This document shows, in pieces, positions 29,285 through 38,952 of a DNA stretch of 64,000 nucleotides (position 1 is the stretch's first letter; the number at the start of each line of letters is the position of its first letter). The notes beneath the pieces were generated by a model. That model saw only the letters and a program-made list of their open reading frames with translations. It did no database searches and was not told the origin of the DNA. Position numbers and translations under genes: made by a program. This DNA is from a virus, in IMG/VR virus record IMGVR_UViG_3300009177_000034, positions 5,374 through 69,373 of that record. One strand, written 5' to 3'.

Positions 29285-29794
29285 ATGCGACAACGACCGC
29301 TCGCCTATCGGCGGTACTGGCTCATGCGCGCGCGATGCGAGAATCCCCGCAACAATCGCTTCCGCCTCTATGGTGCGCGCGGCATCACAGTCTGCGCCGA
29401 ATGGCGCGCCGACTACGCGGCCTTCCTGCGTGACATGGGGCCGTGTCCGTCGCGCGCGCACTCGCTCGACCGGATCGACCCGGACGGCAACTACGAGCCC
29501 GGAAACTGTCGCTGGGCGACGGCGACGGAGCAGGCCCGCAACCACCGGAACGCGCGGCTCCTGACGCATGACGGGCAGACGCGCTGCCTCGCCGAGTGGG
29601 CCGAGCACGTCGGCCTGTCGACGGGGACGCTCTGGTATCGACTGCGTGCCGGGTGGCCGCTGGCGCTCGCGCTGTCGGCCCCGCTCGGGGCCGTGCGGCA
29701 CGAGATCCCCGTCGAGGTCCGGCGGGCGGCGGGACGGGCAGGAGCGCGGGCGCGGTGGCATCCTAGCTCCTCTGTCTCTCGGCATCCAAGCTAG
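29285..29794 (+). CDS. HNH homing endonuclease, antisense to the operon
   Basis: [39 protein letters not shown]. Confidence 0.9.
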   Translation: MRQRPLAYRRYWLMRARCENPRNNRFRLYGARGITVCAEWRADYAAFLRDMGPCPSRAHSLDRIDPDGNYEPGNCRWATATEQARNHRNARLLTHDGQTRCLAEWAEHVGLSTGTLWYRLRAGWPLALALSAPLGAVRHEIPVEVRRAAGRAGARARWHPSSSVSRHPS

Positions 29795-32735
29795 ACATCA
29801 GGCGGCTCGTGAACTTGGCGTAGATCGAATCGGCCATCTTCGACGTGCCCGCGGTGATCTTGGCGTCGGCGTCGGAGAGGAAGGTATCGAGGACGCCGAG
29901 CGCGCCGCTGAGCCCTTGGCCGAGGCCGTCGGACAGGGCCGCGCCTGCGCCCGCGCCCAGTTGCCCGAAGTTCGTCTCGACCTTGTCCGTCGCGGTGTTG
30001 ATCTTGTTGAGTTCGCTGACGATGTCGTTGGTGGCGGCGCCCACCTTCGACCCGATGCCCGCGCCGGCCACCCCGACCTGGCCGAGGCTGCTGGCCGCGG
30101 CGCCCGCGGTGTTGGGGATGCCCGCTAGGTCGTTACCCAGCTTGTCCATCATGGTCGCGGACATGGACTTGAAGGTCTGGCCCTTGGCCGTCATGTCCGC
30201 GATGGCGGCCCCCATCTTGTGCATGTTGGCGATGTCCGCCTCGCTGGCGCTGCCACCCCTCTGCAGGGTGGCGAGGGTCTTGGCGGCGGCCAGGCGCTGC
30301 TGCTCGAACGACTGCTCCATGCCGGCCAGGGACATCATCTTCTGCCCCTTGGCCGCCAGCCCCGCGATGCCGATGTCCAGGGCGGCCTTGGCCGACGCGG
30401 CCACGCTGGCCTGCAGGGCCCTGACGGCGGTGGCCCACTTCGTCTCGGCCTCGATCCGCTTCTTGGACCCAGCCTCGTAGTTCTGGGTCTGCGCGGCCAT
30501 GAAGGCGACGGACGCCGCCTCGCTGGCCCCCTGCATCGCCGCCGTGCGGTCGAACAGGGCCTGCTCCAGCGCCAGCTTCGCCTCGAACGCCTGCTTAGCG
30601 AACCCGATGCGCTGATCCGCCGACAGTTTCTCGTTGCTGGCCTGGGCGTCCAGGAAGCCGATGTGCTTCTGCGCGCTGACCGCTCCCATGGACGCCAGGC
30701 TGTCGTAGTAGCCGGCGGCCTTGGCCTGAAGCTGGCCGTACATGGCGAACGCCTGCTCGGCATACTGGCGGCGCTGCGCCTGCGACAGGTTCTCGTCCTG
30801 GGCGGCGCGCTGCAGCCGGGACAGTTGCCCGGCGTAGTCGGCCTCCCCCATCGCCGCCTTGTGGGCGTAGGTCGCCACGTCGAGCGCCACCGACTCCGCG
30901 GCGCGGGCGCGGCGGTCGGCCACGATGGCGGCGTCGTCGGCCCGCAGCGCCGCCGCCGTCCGCTGCGACAGCGCGATCCGCGTGTTCTCCGTCTGCGTGT
31001 CGAGCGCGACCAGGGCCGCCGCGGCCGCGGTGCGCTCGGGCAGGGTGCTCTCGGGCGCGGCGAGCTTCGTCTGGAGGGCCGCGCGCTGGGCGGCGGCCAC
31101 AGCCTCGATGCCCGCCAGTTCCGCCGCCGTCGTCGCCAGGATGCCGGCCCGGCGCTGCTCCTGGTAGGCGGCGAACCCGCGCTCGCTCTCGCCGAAGAAC
31201 GCGGCGTCGGCGGCGGCGGCCTGGTGCGCGGCCTCGACGCTGGCGGCGGCGGCCTGGGCGGCGCCCGTCGCGCGCGCGGCGTTGAGGCCGGCCAGCTTCT
31301 CCGTCTGCGCGATGTCGGCCAGTGTCGCGGCCGTCTTGGCGGCGGCGGCGGCCTCCTCGACGGCGCGCACCGCCGTCGTCGTGGCGACCTTGGCGGCCCC
31401 CGCCGTGCGGACGCCGGCGACCTCCTTGCTCCGGAGGGTCTCCTTGAGGTCCGCCAGTTGCCGCTCGGCCGCGGCCTCGGCGGCCTGGGCCTTCGCGGGG
31501 TCGCCCCCGACCCACTTCAACTGCTCGGCGGCCACCTTGGCCTTGGCCGCGGCGACGGCGACCTCGGCCTCCTTGATGAGGCCCGCGATCCGCGACGCGC
31601 TGCCCTTCGCGGCGACGGCGGCCTCCTCCGCGTCGGCGGCGGCCAGGCGCTTGATGTTGGTGATCTGCTCGTCGTAGAGGCGGGCCACCTCCTCCAGCGA
31701 CTGCGCCCGCTTGATGTCGCCGCCGATGGCGGCGTTGCGCGCCGTCAGTTCCGCGCGCTCGGCGGCCAGCGCGTCCTTGATCCGCAGCAGCGAGCCGAGG
31801 TAGCCGGTGTTGGCCTCGATGGCCAGCTTGACCTTCGTGGCCGTCGTCCCCATCACGGTGTCGATGAGGTTCGACGCGGCGGCCAGGGCCATCTGCGCGA
31901 TGGTGGCGCCCTCGACCTCGCCCTTGCCGAGCTTGGCGTTGGTGGCGAAGTCGCTGAGGGCGCGGGTGCCCGCCGTCAACGCGGCGGTCGCCATCGTGGT
32001 GTCCTTCGTCAGCGTGGCGAACGCGATGTCCCGCGTCGCCTGGTTCGCCTCCTCCGCCTTGGCGATGAACAGGCCGAGGGCGATGGCCGCGCCGCCCATC
32101 GCGAGGCCGGTGCCCAGCGTCGCCAGGCTCATGCCCGACAGCGACGCCGCCACGCCCCGGATGGCGCCGCCCGCGGGGCCCAGGCCGCCGACGAGGGGCA
32201 GGGCGGCGCCCGCGACCTTCCGGAGGCCGTCCGCGGAGATGGCCGCGGCCTGGCCCGCCGACGCCAGCGCCGGGCCCGCCTGGCGCACCGGGCCCATGAA
32301 GGCCTCGAACTGCTGCTTGGCCCGGCCCGCCTCGATGTTGGCCTTGCCGAAGGACGACCCGAGCACCTGGAGCTTGGCGGCCTGCGTGCCGACGAAGGCG
32401 TTGTGCTCGCGCATCGTCCGGGCGAGCGCGTCCTCCGACCCCGTGAGGGCCTTGGCGCGGGCGGCGGCCTCGTCGTAGGCGCTGCCCAGGGCCTTCGTCG
32501 CGGGCACCGCGGCGCCGACGGCGGTCCCCGCGGCCTTGCCCGCCGTGCCCAGGGCCTCGGCGGTCGCGCTGGCGCTGGCCGTGACGGCGGCGGTGGCCTT
32601 GCTCGCCTCCGCGGCGACGGCCCCCGTGAGGGCCTTGGACGTGTCGAGGACGCGGGCCTTGGTGGCCTGGTACTGCTTGTCGTCGCCCGAGAATCGGACG
32701 ATGGCAACGGCGAGTTCCTGGCCCTCACCGGCCAC
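29763..32735 (-). CDS. tape measure protein
   Basis: 990-aa Ala-rich helical protein downstream of the chaperones. Confidence 0.88.
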   Translation of the reverse strand: MAGEGQELAVAIVRFSGDDKQYQATKARVLDTSKALTGAVAAEASKATAAVTASASATAEALGTAGKAAGTAVGAAVPATKALGSAYDEAAARAKALTGSEDALARTMREHNAFVGTQAAKLQVLGSSFGKANIEAGRAKQQFEAFMGPVRQAGPALASAGQAAAISADGLRKVAGAALPLVGGLGPAGGAIRGVAASLSGMSLATLGTGLAMGGAAIALGLFIAKAEEANQATRDIAFATLTKDTTMATAALTAGTRALSDFATNAKLGKGEVEGATIAQMALAAASNLIDTVMGTTATKVKLAIEANTGYLGSLLRIKDALAAERAELTARNAAIGGDIKRAQSLEEVARLYDEQITNIKRLAAADAEEAAVAAKGSASRIAGLIKEAEVAVAAAKAKVAAEQLKWVGGDPAKAQAAEAAAERQLADLKETLRSKEVAGVRTAGAAKVATTTAVRAVEEAAAAAKTAATLADIAQTEKLAGLNAARATGAAQAAAASVEAAHQAAAADAAFFGESERGFAAYQEQRRAGILATTAAELAGIEAVAAAQRAALQTKLAAPESTLPERTAAAAALVALDTQTENTRIALSQRTAAALRADDAAIVADRRARAAESVALDVATYAHKAAMGEADYAGQLSRLQRAAQDENLSQAQRRQYAEQAFAMYGQLQAKAAGYYDSLASMGAVSAQKHIGFLDAQASNEKLSADQRIGFAKQAFEAKLALEQALFDRTAAMQGASEAASVAFMAAQTQNYEAGSKKRIEAETKWATAVRALQASVAASAKAALDIGIAGLAAKGQKMMSLAGMEQSFEQQRLAAAKTLATLQRGGSASEADIANMHKMGAAIADMTAKGQTFKSMSATMMDKLGNDLAGIPNTAGAAASSLGQVGVAGAGIGSKVGAATNDIVSELNKINTATDKVETNFGQLGAGAGAALSDGLGQGLSGALGVLDTFLSDADAKITAGTSKMADSIYAKFTSRLMSSLDAERQRS

Positions 32736-33117
32736 GGGGGGTCCCCTGGCGGAAGCCCTGCGCGTTGAGGAAGGCGTGGATGCGCTCCGGGGGCACGCGC
32801 TGGGCCCCGGCCCGGTGCGCGGGCGCCGGCGGCTCGTCGCGCGCCAGCGTGGCCCAGGCGGCCAGGCGCTCGCGGCGCGCCTCCAGCGACAACCAGACGA
32901 ACCCTGCCGTCACGGCCTCCTCCGGGCGCGCGCGCGCCACGTTGCGCTCGTGGGCGTCGAGCATGGCCCGCACGAACCGGCTGGACTTGTCGAGCATGTA
33001 CTCCCAGGTCCAGCCGAACGCCGCCGCGGCGGCCGCTAGGTCGTCAAAGAGGCCGAGGCCCCCGAGTTGTCCCCCGGCACCGTAGGCGGTGCCGGCACCG
33101 TAGGGCGGGCGCCCCCC
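32725..33117 (-). CDS. tail assembly chaperone extension (gpT-like, -1 frame)
   Basis: FGWTWEYML motif; open -1 frame relative to the chaperone gene. Confidence 0.65.
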   Translation of the reverse strand, partial: GGRPPYGAGTAYGAGGQLGGLGLFDDLAAAAAAFGWTWEYMLDKSSRFVRAMLDAHERNVARARPEEAVTAGFVWLSLEARRERLAAWATLARDEPPAPAHRAGAQRVPPERIHAFLNAQGFRQGTPRGR

Positions 33118-33554
33118 TCCAGCTTCTCCCGCAGCGCCCACAGGTCCCGCAGGGGCGGGCAGTCGCCGTGGTCGCACGCCTCGGCGCACGGCTTGTCGCG
33201 CCCGTCGAGCATGCGCCCCAGGGTCTCGACCAGCGGGGGCGGCTCGGAGGAGAGCGTGGCCTGGAAGAAGTCCAGGCGCGTGCGGTACGGCATGTCCGCC
33301 AGGACCGCGTCCGTCAGCGTCGGGCACAGGAGCTTGAGGCTTTCGCCCAGGCGCTCGCTGTGCTCGGCCACCGATAGCTCGGTCCCCGCCGGCGGGTTGT
33401 CGAGTTCCAGGAGGCGCAGCACCTCCCGCTGCGGCATGTCGACGATGCTCCGGACCGGATAGGAAACCACCGGGTCTCCATACAGCACAACGCCGCGGGG
33501 CTCCGGGCGCAGCACCCGGAGGTCCCGCAACACCCGCGGCGTCGACTCGGCCAT
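33036..33554 (-). CDS. tail assembly chaperone (gpG-like)
   Basis: position between tail tube and tape measure. Confidence 0.7.
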   Translation of the reverse strand: MAESTPRVLRDLRVLRPEPRGVVLYGDPVVSYPVRSIVDMPQREVLRLLELDNPPAGTELSVAEHSERLGESLKLLCPTLTDAVLADMPYRTRLDFFQATLSSEPPPLVETLGRMLDGRDKPCAEACDHGDCPPLRDLWALREKLEGGARPTVPAPPTVPGDNSGASASLTT

Positions 33555-33557
33555 CTG

Positions 33558-34424
33558 CTAGGCCGCGGCCTCGCCCATGGTGCCGAACTCGTTGGCGGCA
33601 TCCGAGGGCCAGACCATGAACGTGACGGTGATCAGGCGCTGCTGCGTCGGGTGGAACGGGATCTTGGTCTCCGACGCCGCCGGCGACGCCTCGGGGAACA
33701 CGAAGATGTCGTTGGGGTCCGTCGACTCCTCGCCGCCCTTGATCTTCACGATGCGGAGTTCCTTGGACAGGGTCCGCACCGACAGGCCGACGCGATTCTT
33801 GAACGTCAGCAGGCCCACGCCCGGCGTCAGCGTGGCCGCCGTCCAGGTGAGGGTGGCCGCCGTCTTGGTCGTGGCGATGGCGTCCCCCGTGCTCGCCTTC
33901 GGGGTCAGGGTCAGGACGGTCGCCGACGTGGCCGCCGCCGAGACGAGCGGGTGGGGCAGCGCCACGGAGTAGTCCGTGCCCGCGACGCCGCCCGACTTGT
34001 TGATGGCGTGGACCAGGTTCAGCAGCGACGCCGCCGCCGTGGCGCCCATCAGGACCTCGCCCTCCAGCGGCGTGAGCGCCGACTGGAACGTATAGGTCTT
34101 GTCGCCGATGACCACGGTATCGCCGTCCGTCACCTGGACGCCCGACGAGGTCAGGGTGCCCGTGGGCATCCCGCTCCGGATGGCGTTGACCAGGCCGACG
34201 GCGAACTTCGACACGCTGATCTCCGCCAGCGGCACCTCGACCGTCACGCCCGCCCCCGACACGACGGCGTCGAGCGGGGTGTCGCCCGCCTGGGCGCCCT
34301 TGAGTTCGGTGACGCGCGTGGCGATGTTGAGCATCACGTCCTCGCCCAGATACCCGAGGCTCACGCCGTCGAAGTACACGTTGGCCGGGCCCGCCTCTAG
34401 TGCATGCCGATCTACGCCTTCCAT
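33558..34424 (-). CDS. major tail (tube) protein with inserted domain
   Basis: GPANVYF..LGY..D, VEVPLAE, VTFMVWP; AAGGGGG RBS. Confidence 0.8.
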   Translation of the reverse strand: MEGVDRHALEAGPANVYFDGVSLGYLGEDVMLNIATRVTELKGAQAGDTPLDAVVSGAGVTVEVPLAEISVSKFAVGLVNAIRSGMPTGTLTSSGVQVTDGDTVVIGDKTYTFQSALTPLEGEVLMGATAAASLLNLVHAINKSGGVAGTDYSVALPHPLVSAAATSATVLTLTPKASTGDAIATTKTAATLTWTAATLTPGVGLLTFKNRVGLSVRTLSKELRIVKIKGGEESTDPNDIFVFPEASPAASETKIPFHPTQQRLITVTFMVWPSDAANEFGTMGEAAA

Positions 34425-34427
34425 GGC

Positions 34428-34841
34428 CTACCCCCTTACGTCGCGCGGGATGCCGCGGACGTTCTGCAGCGCGACCAGCCACGCTGGACGCGGACGCATG
34501 CGCGCCGTGCCAAGTTCAAGAAGCAGCACATACCCCGCGGCGACGGCGCTCGTCACGCCCGCCCGCACCACCCGCCGGAATCCCGCGCCCGTCCCCGTCG
34601 CCGCCACGCTGTGAATCAGCGTCCGCAGGTCGGGCGACGGCGGCTCCCCGGGCGCGCTGGCCTTGTGGAAGCGCCCCGGGTTGGCGCGGCGATACCCCCG
34701 CCCGCCCGCCGGCGCCGTCTGCATCAGGCGCTGCACCTCGTCGGCGTAGAAGGCGCCCATCTGGTCCAGGACGCGGGCCGCCCGCGCCGCCGTCGTGGGC
34801 TCAAAGCCGGGCGCCACGCGGAACTCCCAGGTGGCCGCCAT
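34428..34841 (-). CDS. tail completion protein (HK97 gp10-like)
   Basis: HKASAPGEPP.PD..L..S..LELGT.RM.PRP. Confidence 0.82.
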   Translation of the reverse strand: MAATWEFRVAPGFEPTTAARAARVLDQMGAFYADEVQRLMQTAPAGGRGYRRANPGRFHKASAPGEPPSPDLRTLIHSVAATGTGAGFRRVVRAGVTSAVAAGYVLLLELGTARMRPRPAWLVALQNVRGIPRDVRG

Positions 34842-35278
34842 CAGGCCACCGCCGCCACGAGGTCGAAGGCCAGCACGTTGAACTGGAGCGTCTTGCGGAC
34901 GATGGTCGGGTCGGGCTCGATGGTGTCGCGCTGGCTCGCCAGGTGGAGCGCGCACACGTTGAGGCCCGGCGTCGGCATCGGCGCCAGGCCGGCCTCGGCG
35001 CTGGCCGTCTGGTCGAGCAGCGTCGCCACGCGCGCGGCGATGGCCTCCGCCGCGTCCAGGTCGTGGGCCCACACGTCGAGCGTGAACGAGGCCTCCACCC
35101 GCGGCAACTGCTCGTAGGGGTGGAAGGCCGTGTCCATGTAGGTGACGGAGGGCACCTGGACCGCCATCCGCACGAAGCGGTGGAACACCGCCGGGCCGCC
35201 CAGGAGGACCACCAGGGCCGGGTCGCCCACGAGGCGCATCCGCAGGGCCGTCCGCAGCGCCGTCATCGTCGGCACCAT
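34841..35278 (-). CDS. tail terminator protein
   Basis: P.VTY..FTLDVWA..AEAIA pattern; synteny. Confidence 0.72.
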   Translation of the reverse strand: MVPTMTALRTALRMRLVGDPALVVLLGGPAVFHRFVRMAVQVPSVTYMDTAFHPYEQLPRVEASFTLDVWAHDLDAAEAIAARVATLLDQTASAEAGLAPMPTPGLNVCALHLASQRDTIEPDPTIVRKTLQFNVLAFDLVAAVA

Positions 35279-35682
35279 CAGACCACCTCCAGCGGCAGCC
35301 ACGCGGTGGCCAGCACCGCGGTGGCCAGCAGCGGGCCGACGGCGATGCGCTCGCACTCGACGAGCAGGTGGCTCGGGCCCAGGTCGTCATGGACCAGGCG
35401 CACGAAGGCGGCCAGGTAGGTGACGCCCTCGACGTGGAGCCGGTCCTGGACCTGCACCGGGGCGCCCAGCAGGAACAGCGCGCGGCAGCCCGCCACGACG
35501 CGCAGGCCGGCCTCGCCCTGGGGCGACGCGCCGGTCAGCGCGGACAGGCGACAGGGCACGCCCGCGGCCAGGGGGAGGAAGTCCCGGCGCGTCACGCCCG
35601 TGGCCGAGGGCACCACGTCGAGGGCCCGGAGGACGGTGGCCCGGTGCGTCAGGAGGTCCGCGATCTCGTCGCCGAGGCGCAT
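35278..35682 (-). CDS. head closure (stopper) protein
   Basis: VPCRL..DRL.VEG.TY..HL.V pattern; synteny. Confidence 0.72.
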   Translation of the reverse strand: MRLGDEIADLLTHRATVLRALDVVPSATGVTRRDFLPLAAGVPCRLSALTGASPQGEAGLRVVAGCRALFLLGAPVQVQDRLHVEGVTYLAAFVRLVHDDLGPSHLLVECERIAVGPLLATAVLATAWLPLEVV

Positions 35683-36128
35683 CAGCGGTGGTCCCCCTCC
35701 AGGACGGTGCGCGGGCTGCCGCTCCGGTTGTCGAACAGGCCGGGCCGCAGCGACAGCGGAATCCAGTCCGCGTTCCCCCGGAGGCGCTCGACATCGCTCC
35801 GCGAGATGCCGCCCGCCGTCGGGAACTGGTGCAGCAGGCTGCCCGCGCCCCCGCGCTCCAGGAGCCAGTCGATGCGCGCCTGGACCTCGCTGGCCGCCCA
35901 GTAGCTCACGGACACGTCGCCGGCCGAGCGCGAGGCGTAGCGACTGGAGGCGAGATAGGCCACCGTAAGCGCCCCGGCGGCGGCGAGCCAGACGTTGTCC
36001 TCCTCCTGGAGGAGGAGGAAGTCGAGTTCGCCGTCATCGAACAGCGGGTGCGCGCTGTCGGTATCGCGAATCAGAAATCTGACCTGGTCGCGCGGCGCCG
36101 TCAGGGCCGGGTCATAGGTCCACGGCAT
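35682..36128 (-). CDS. head-tail adaptor
   Basis: WTY..DQVRFLI.DTD..LF.D.EL. Confidence 0.78.
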   Translation of the reverse strand: MPWTYDPALTAPRDQVRFLIRDTDSAHPLFDDGELDFLLLQEEDNVWLAAAGALTVAYLASSRYASRSAGDVSVSYWAASEVQARIDWLLERGGAGSLLHQFPTAGGISRSDVERLRGNADWIPLSLRPGLFDNRSGSPRTVLEGDHR

Positions 36129-36129
36129 G

Positions 36130-36837
36130 CTAGCCCCGGAAGGCGCGGTAGAGGCGGGCGGTCCAGGTGCGCGCGGCGCCCGTGATGGTCTGGGCCCCCG
36201 ACACGGAGACGCTGGCGAACGACAGGTGCGTGGAGGCCTCCGTCGTGGCGACGGTCGTGCCGGCGGCGCGCGCCGTCAGCAGGATCGTATGGGCCACGAC
36301 CGGGCCCGCGGACACCAGCGGGTGCGCCGCGGCGACCTGGTAGTCGGTCCCGAGCACGCCCCCGGCCCTGTTGATCGCGCGCGACAGGTTCAGCAGCGTG
36401 GCGTCGGCGCTGGCGCCGATCAGCACCTCGCCCTCGGCGGGCGTCAGGGCCGTGGCCTTGAACGTGTAGGTCGTGGTCCCGATGGTCACGGTGTCGTTGG
36501 CCGTCGGCACGACGGTGTCAGACGTGAGCAGGGCCGTCGCCACCGTCGGCAGGAGCGTGTTGCGGAACGTCAGGCGCACCAGGTCGGCGCCCTGGCCCGC
36601 GGTGCCCACGACCTCCAGGCCCGCCTCCAGGTCGGCCGGCGGGAAGAACACCGGGCGCACCCAGCGCGAGACGACGGCGCCGGGGAGGGCCACGTCGACG
36701 GTGCCCTCGGCCTGGGCGGCCAGCACGGGGGGCGTCACCGAGACGACCGACGCGAGCGCGCGCGCCGCGGGGTAGCCGAACAGGTAGCCGTGGCGGCCGT
36801 AGTGCCGCGCCTGCCGGTCAGTGAACAGGTTGCTCAT
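36130..36837 (-). CDS. virion decoration protein with inserted domain
   Basis: follows the capsid genes; shares a ~115-aa domain with the tail tube. Confidence 0.65.
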   Translation of the reverse strand: MSNLFTDRQARHYGRHGYLFGYPAARALASVVSVTPPVLAAQAEGTVDVALPGAVVSRWVRPVFFPPADLEAGLEVVGTAGQGADLVRLTFRNTLLPTVATALLTSDTVVPTANDTVTIGTTTYTFKATALTPAEGEVLIGASADATLLNLSRAINRAGGVLGTDYQVAAAHPLVSAGPVVAHTILLTARAAGTTVATTEASTHLSFASVSVSGAQTITGAARTWTARLYRAFRG

Positions 36838-37249
36838 CGCCCCTCCGCTTCACTTTGCCGCCGCCCTTGCCCTTGGTGGCGCCGGCGGGTTCGAGGCCGC
36901 CCTGGCCGTCCAGGACGAGCGGGGGCGTGTCGGCGGCGTCCAGGTCGGCGTCCGTCGCCTCCCGCATCCACCGGGCCGCGATCAGCGTGGCGACGTTGCG
37001 CCAGCCGTCCCAGTCCACGACCGTGCCCACCGCGAGCGTCTCGCCCTCATGGAGGAACGGGCGGAGCACGACGCCGAAGCGCGCCGCGTCGACCAGGCCC
37101 TCGGCGGTCGGGCGGAGCCAGCGCCCCTCGATGAGCCGCTGGCCGTTGCGCCAGGCCTCGACCGTGGCCGCGGGCACCCGGTCGCCGCCCTGATACTGCC
37201 GGCCGCCCTCCTGAAAGGGGCGGCCGACGACGTAGAACTGCGCGCCCAT
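36818..37249 (-). CDS. head-associated protein with internal duplication
   Basis: VV.RPF..G......G..V....WRN...LI..RW.R occurs twice. Confidence 0.7.
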   Translation of the reverse strand: MGAQFYVVGRPFQEGGRQYQGGDRVPAATVEAWRNGQRLIEGRWLRPTAEGLVDAARFGVVLRPFLHEGETLAVGTVVDWDGWRNVATLIAARWMREATDADLDAADTPPLVLDGQGGLEPAGATKGKGGGKVKRRGDEQPVH

Positions 37250-37251
37250 CG

Positions 37252-38223
37252 CTAGGCGATGACGTTGGACCAGAAGTAGGCCAGTTCCGGGGCCACGACC
37301 TTGTTGCTGACCGCCGTCTCCGCCTCGATGCGCTCCGCGCCGAGCCCGAGGAGCGGGATCGGGATGCGGTAGGTGGCCACGGTGGTGCCGAGGCCGCCGC
37401 TGACGCCCTTCCAGACGAACTGGTAGCCGGCGGACGGGGCCAGGAGCGAGGGCGACTGGGCCGCGTAGGCCAGCAGGGCATGCTTGCCGAAGGCGAAGTC
37501 GTAGGTCTCGACGGCGGCGCCCTCGTTGTTGGTGGCCTTGATGGCCTTCGCCACCAGGACGCGCTCGACCCCGAACAGCGCGGCCAGCACCGAGTCCGTC
37601 ACCATCGTCGGCGCCGCGGGGCTGCTGCTGTACTTGATCCGGTCGATGATGTCGGGGTGGTCCAGGAGGGCGTTGTAGACGCCGAAGCCCAGGACCAGGG
37701 TGTTCGGCTCGTAGCCCGTCTGGCCCAGGATCAGGGCCTTCGCCGCGCGCACGTTGCCGATGGGGTTCGACGTGGCGTAGCTGTCCCAGTTGACGGCGGT
37801 CGTGTCGTCGGTGCCCCAGACGCCCGTCTTGAAGAACTCCTCGGCCCACTGCAATTCCATGCGGAGCAGGAGCTTGCCCGCCACGAACTCCGCGGCGTCG
37901 CGGTCCATGTCCAGGGGCTCGTCCGCGTTGGCGCGCTCCTGGGGGCCCACGTCCTTGTGGAACGCCATGACCTCGGCCATGTAGCTCCCGTACGACAGCC
38001 GGTAGCCGCCGCCCGCGCTCTCCGTCAGCGAGGCGCGCGGCTTCGCATCGTCCCGCAACCAGTCGTTCCGGTTGTAGATGCGGTACATGTCGCTTTTCTT
38101 GTCGACAAGCACGCGCGGGAAGACCTTCGCGGCGATGAACTGTTCCGCGTTCTGGGTGTACTTGACGCTGATCTGCGTCAGGACGCGGTCGATGTGAAGC
38201 TGCTGAACTGTCGGCTGCGGCAT
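37252..38223 (-). CDS. major capsid protein
   Basis: D.VLTQISV.Y..FIA.KVFP.V..PNTLVLG..HPDII..PSAGY pattern; AAGGAGG RBS. Confidence 0.9.
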   Translation of the reverse strand: MPQPTVQQLHIDRVLTQISVKYTQNAEQFIAAKVFPRVLVDKKSDMYRIYNRNDWLRDDAKPRASLTESAGGGYRLSYGSYMAEVMAFHKDVGPQERANADEPLDMDRDAAEFVAGKLLLRMELQWAEEFFKTGVWGTDDTTAVNWDSYATSNPIGNVRAAKALILGQTGYEPNTLVLGFGVYNALLDHPDIIDRIKYSSSPAAPTMVTDSVLAALFGVERVLVAKAIKATNNEGAAVETYDFAFGKHALLAYAAQSPSLLAPSAGYQFVWKGVSGGLGTTVATYRIPIPLLGLGAERIEAETAVSNKVVAPELAYFWSNVIA

Positions 38224-38320
38224 GAGAGGCCTCCTTGAGGATCAAGGCGGCTCCCACCGCGGCGTCGGCTCGACGGCTCCGGGGTGCGGGTGTGGAAGCG
38301 GGCTTGCTCGGGACCGGGGT

Positions 38321-38536
38321 CTAGTGGCTCAGGCTACGCCATTTCTCCGCGATAGCGGTGATGCCGCGCACATGGCGCAGCAGGTCGTGGGTCAAGTCCC
38401 GTCGCTCGGGCGACAGGGTGCCCGACCGCAGCGACGCCTCGGCCTGGCGCTCCATCTCCCAGGCCTGCTCGCCAAAGCTGAGCATCGGGAGCAGCGGGCG
38501 CAGGGCCCGGGCCGGCGCGGGCGGTGCCGTGGCCAC
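38321..38536 (-). CDS. small hypothetical protein
   Basis: GGAGG RBS, GTG start, helical C-terminus. Confidence 0.5.
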   Translation of the reverse strand: MATAPPAPARALRPLLPMLSFGEQAWEMERQAEASLRSGTLSPERRDLTHDLLRHVRGITAIAEKWRSLSH

Positions 38537-38550
38537 TGGGAACCCCTCCG

Positions 38551-38919
38551 CTAGGCCCCGCGCGGGACCGCGCAGTTGATGAGGACCGTGGCGATCTCGC
38601 CCGCGGCCCCCGCGCCCTGCATCACCTGGCCCACCGGGGTCCCCGAGACCGCGGCCTGGCCGTCGACGCTGTGCGCGATGCGGTTCCCCGCCACGAGGGC
38701 GGCGTTGGCGCTGACCTTCGTGATGCCCTCGTAGCAGACGTTCGCCGCCTGCCCGACGTTCGGCGTGTCCTGGAGGACCCCGATGGTGTCGTCGGTGGTG
38801 GCCGAGACGAGGCCGACGGTGTTCTCGCCGGTCAGCTTGACGAACTTGAACTGGTGGAGGCGCAGGTCCTCCGACGCGGTGACGGCGACCAGACGCTGCT
38901 GCGGGCCTTCGTATGCCAT
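38551..38919 (-). CDS. capsid cement/decoration protein (DUF2190-like)
   Basis: A.EDL...FKFVK..IGVLQ..P..G..A.V...GITKV. Confidence 0.8.
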   Translation of the reverse strand: MAYEGPQQRLVAVTASEDLRLHQFKFVKLTGENTVGLVSATTDDTIGVLQDTPNVGQAANVCYEGITKVSANAALVAGNRIAHSVDGQAAVSGTPVGQVMQGAGAAGEIATVLINCAVPRGA

Positions 38920-38952
38920 AGGGCTCCCCTTTCAGTCGTGAAGGCGCACGCC

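Noticed and set aside
29271-29767. Insertion sequence defined by the 10-bp inverted repeat
   Set aside because: No transposase and no target-site duplication; kept only as part of the HNH finding
12328-32768. Very long + strand ORFs (e.g. 12328-15591, 16027-19188, 22328-25222, 30219-32768)
   Set aside because: Arg/Gly/Val-rich with no motifs; codon-aligned shadows of real minus-strand genes, as expected at this GC content
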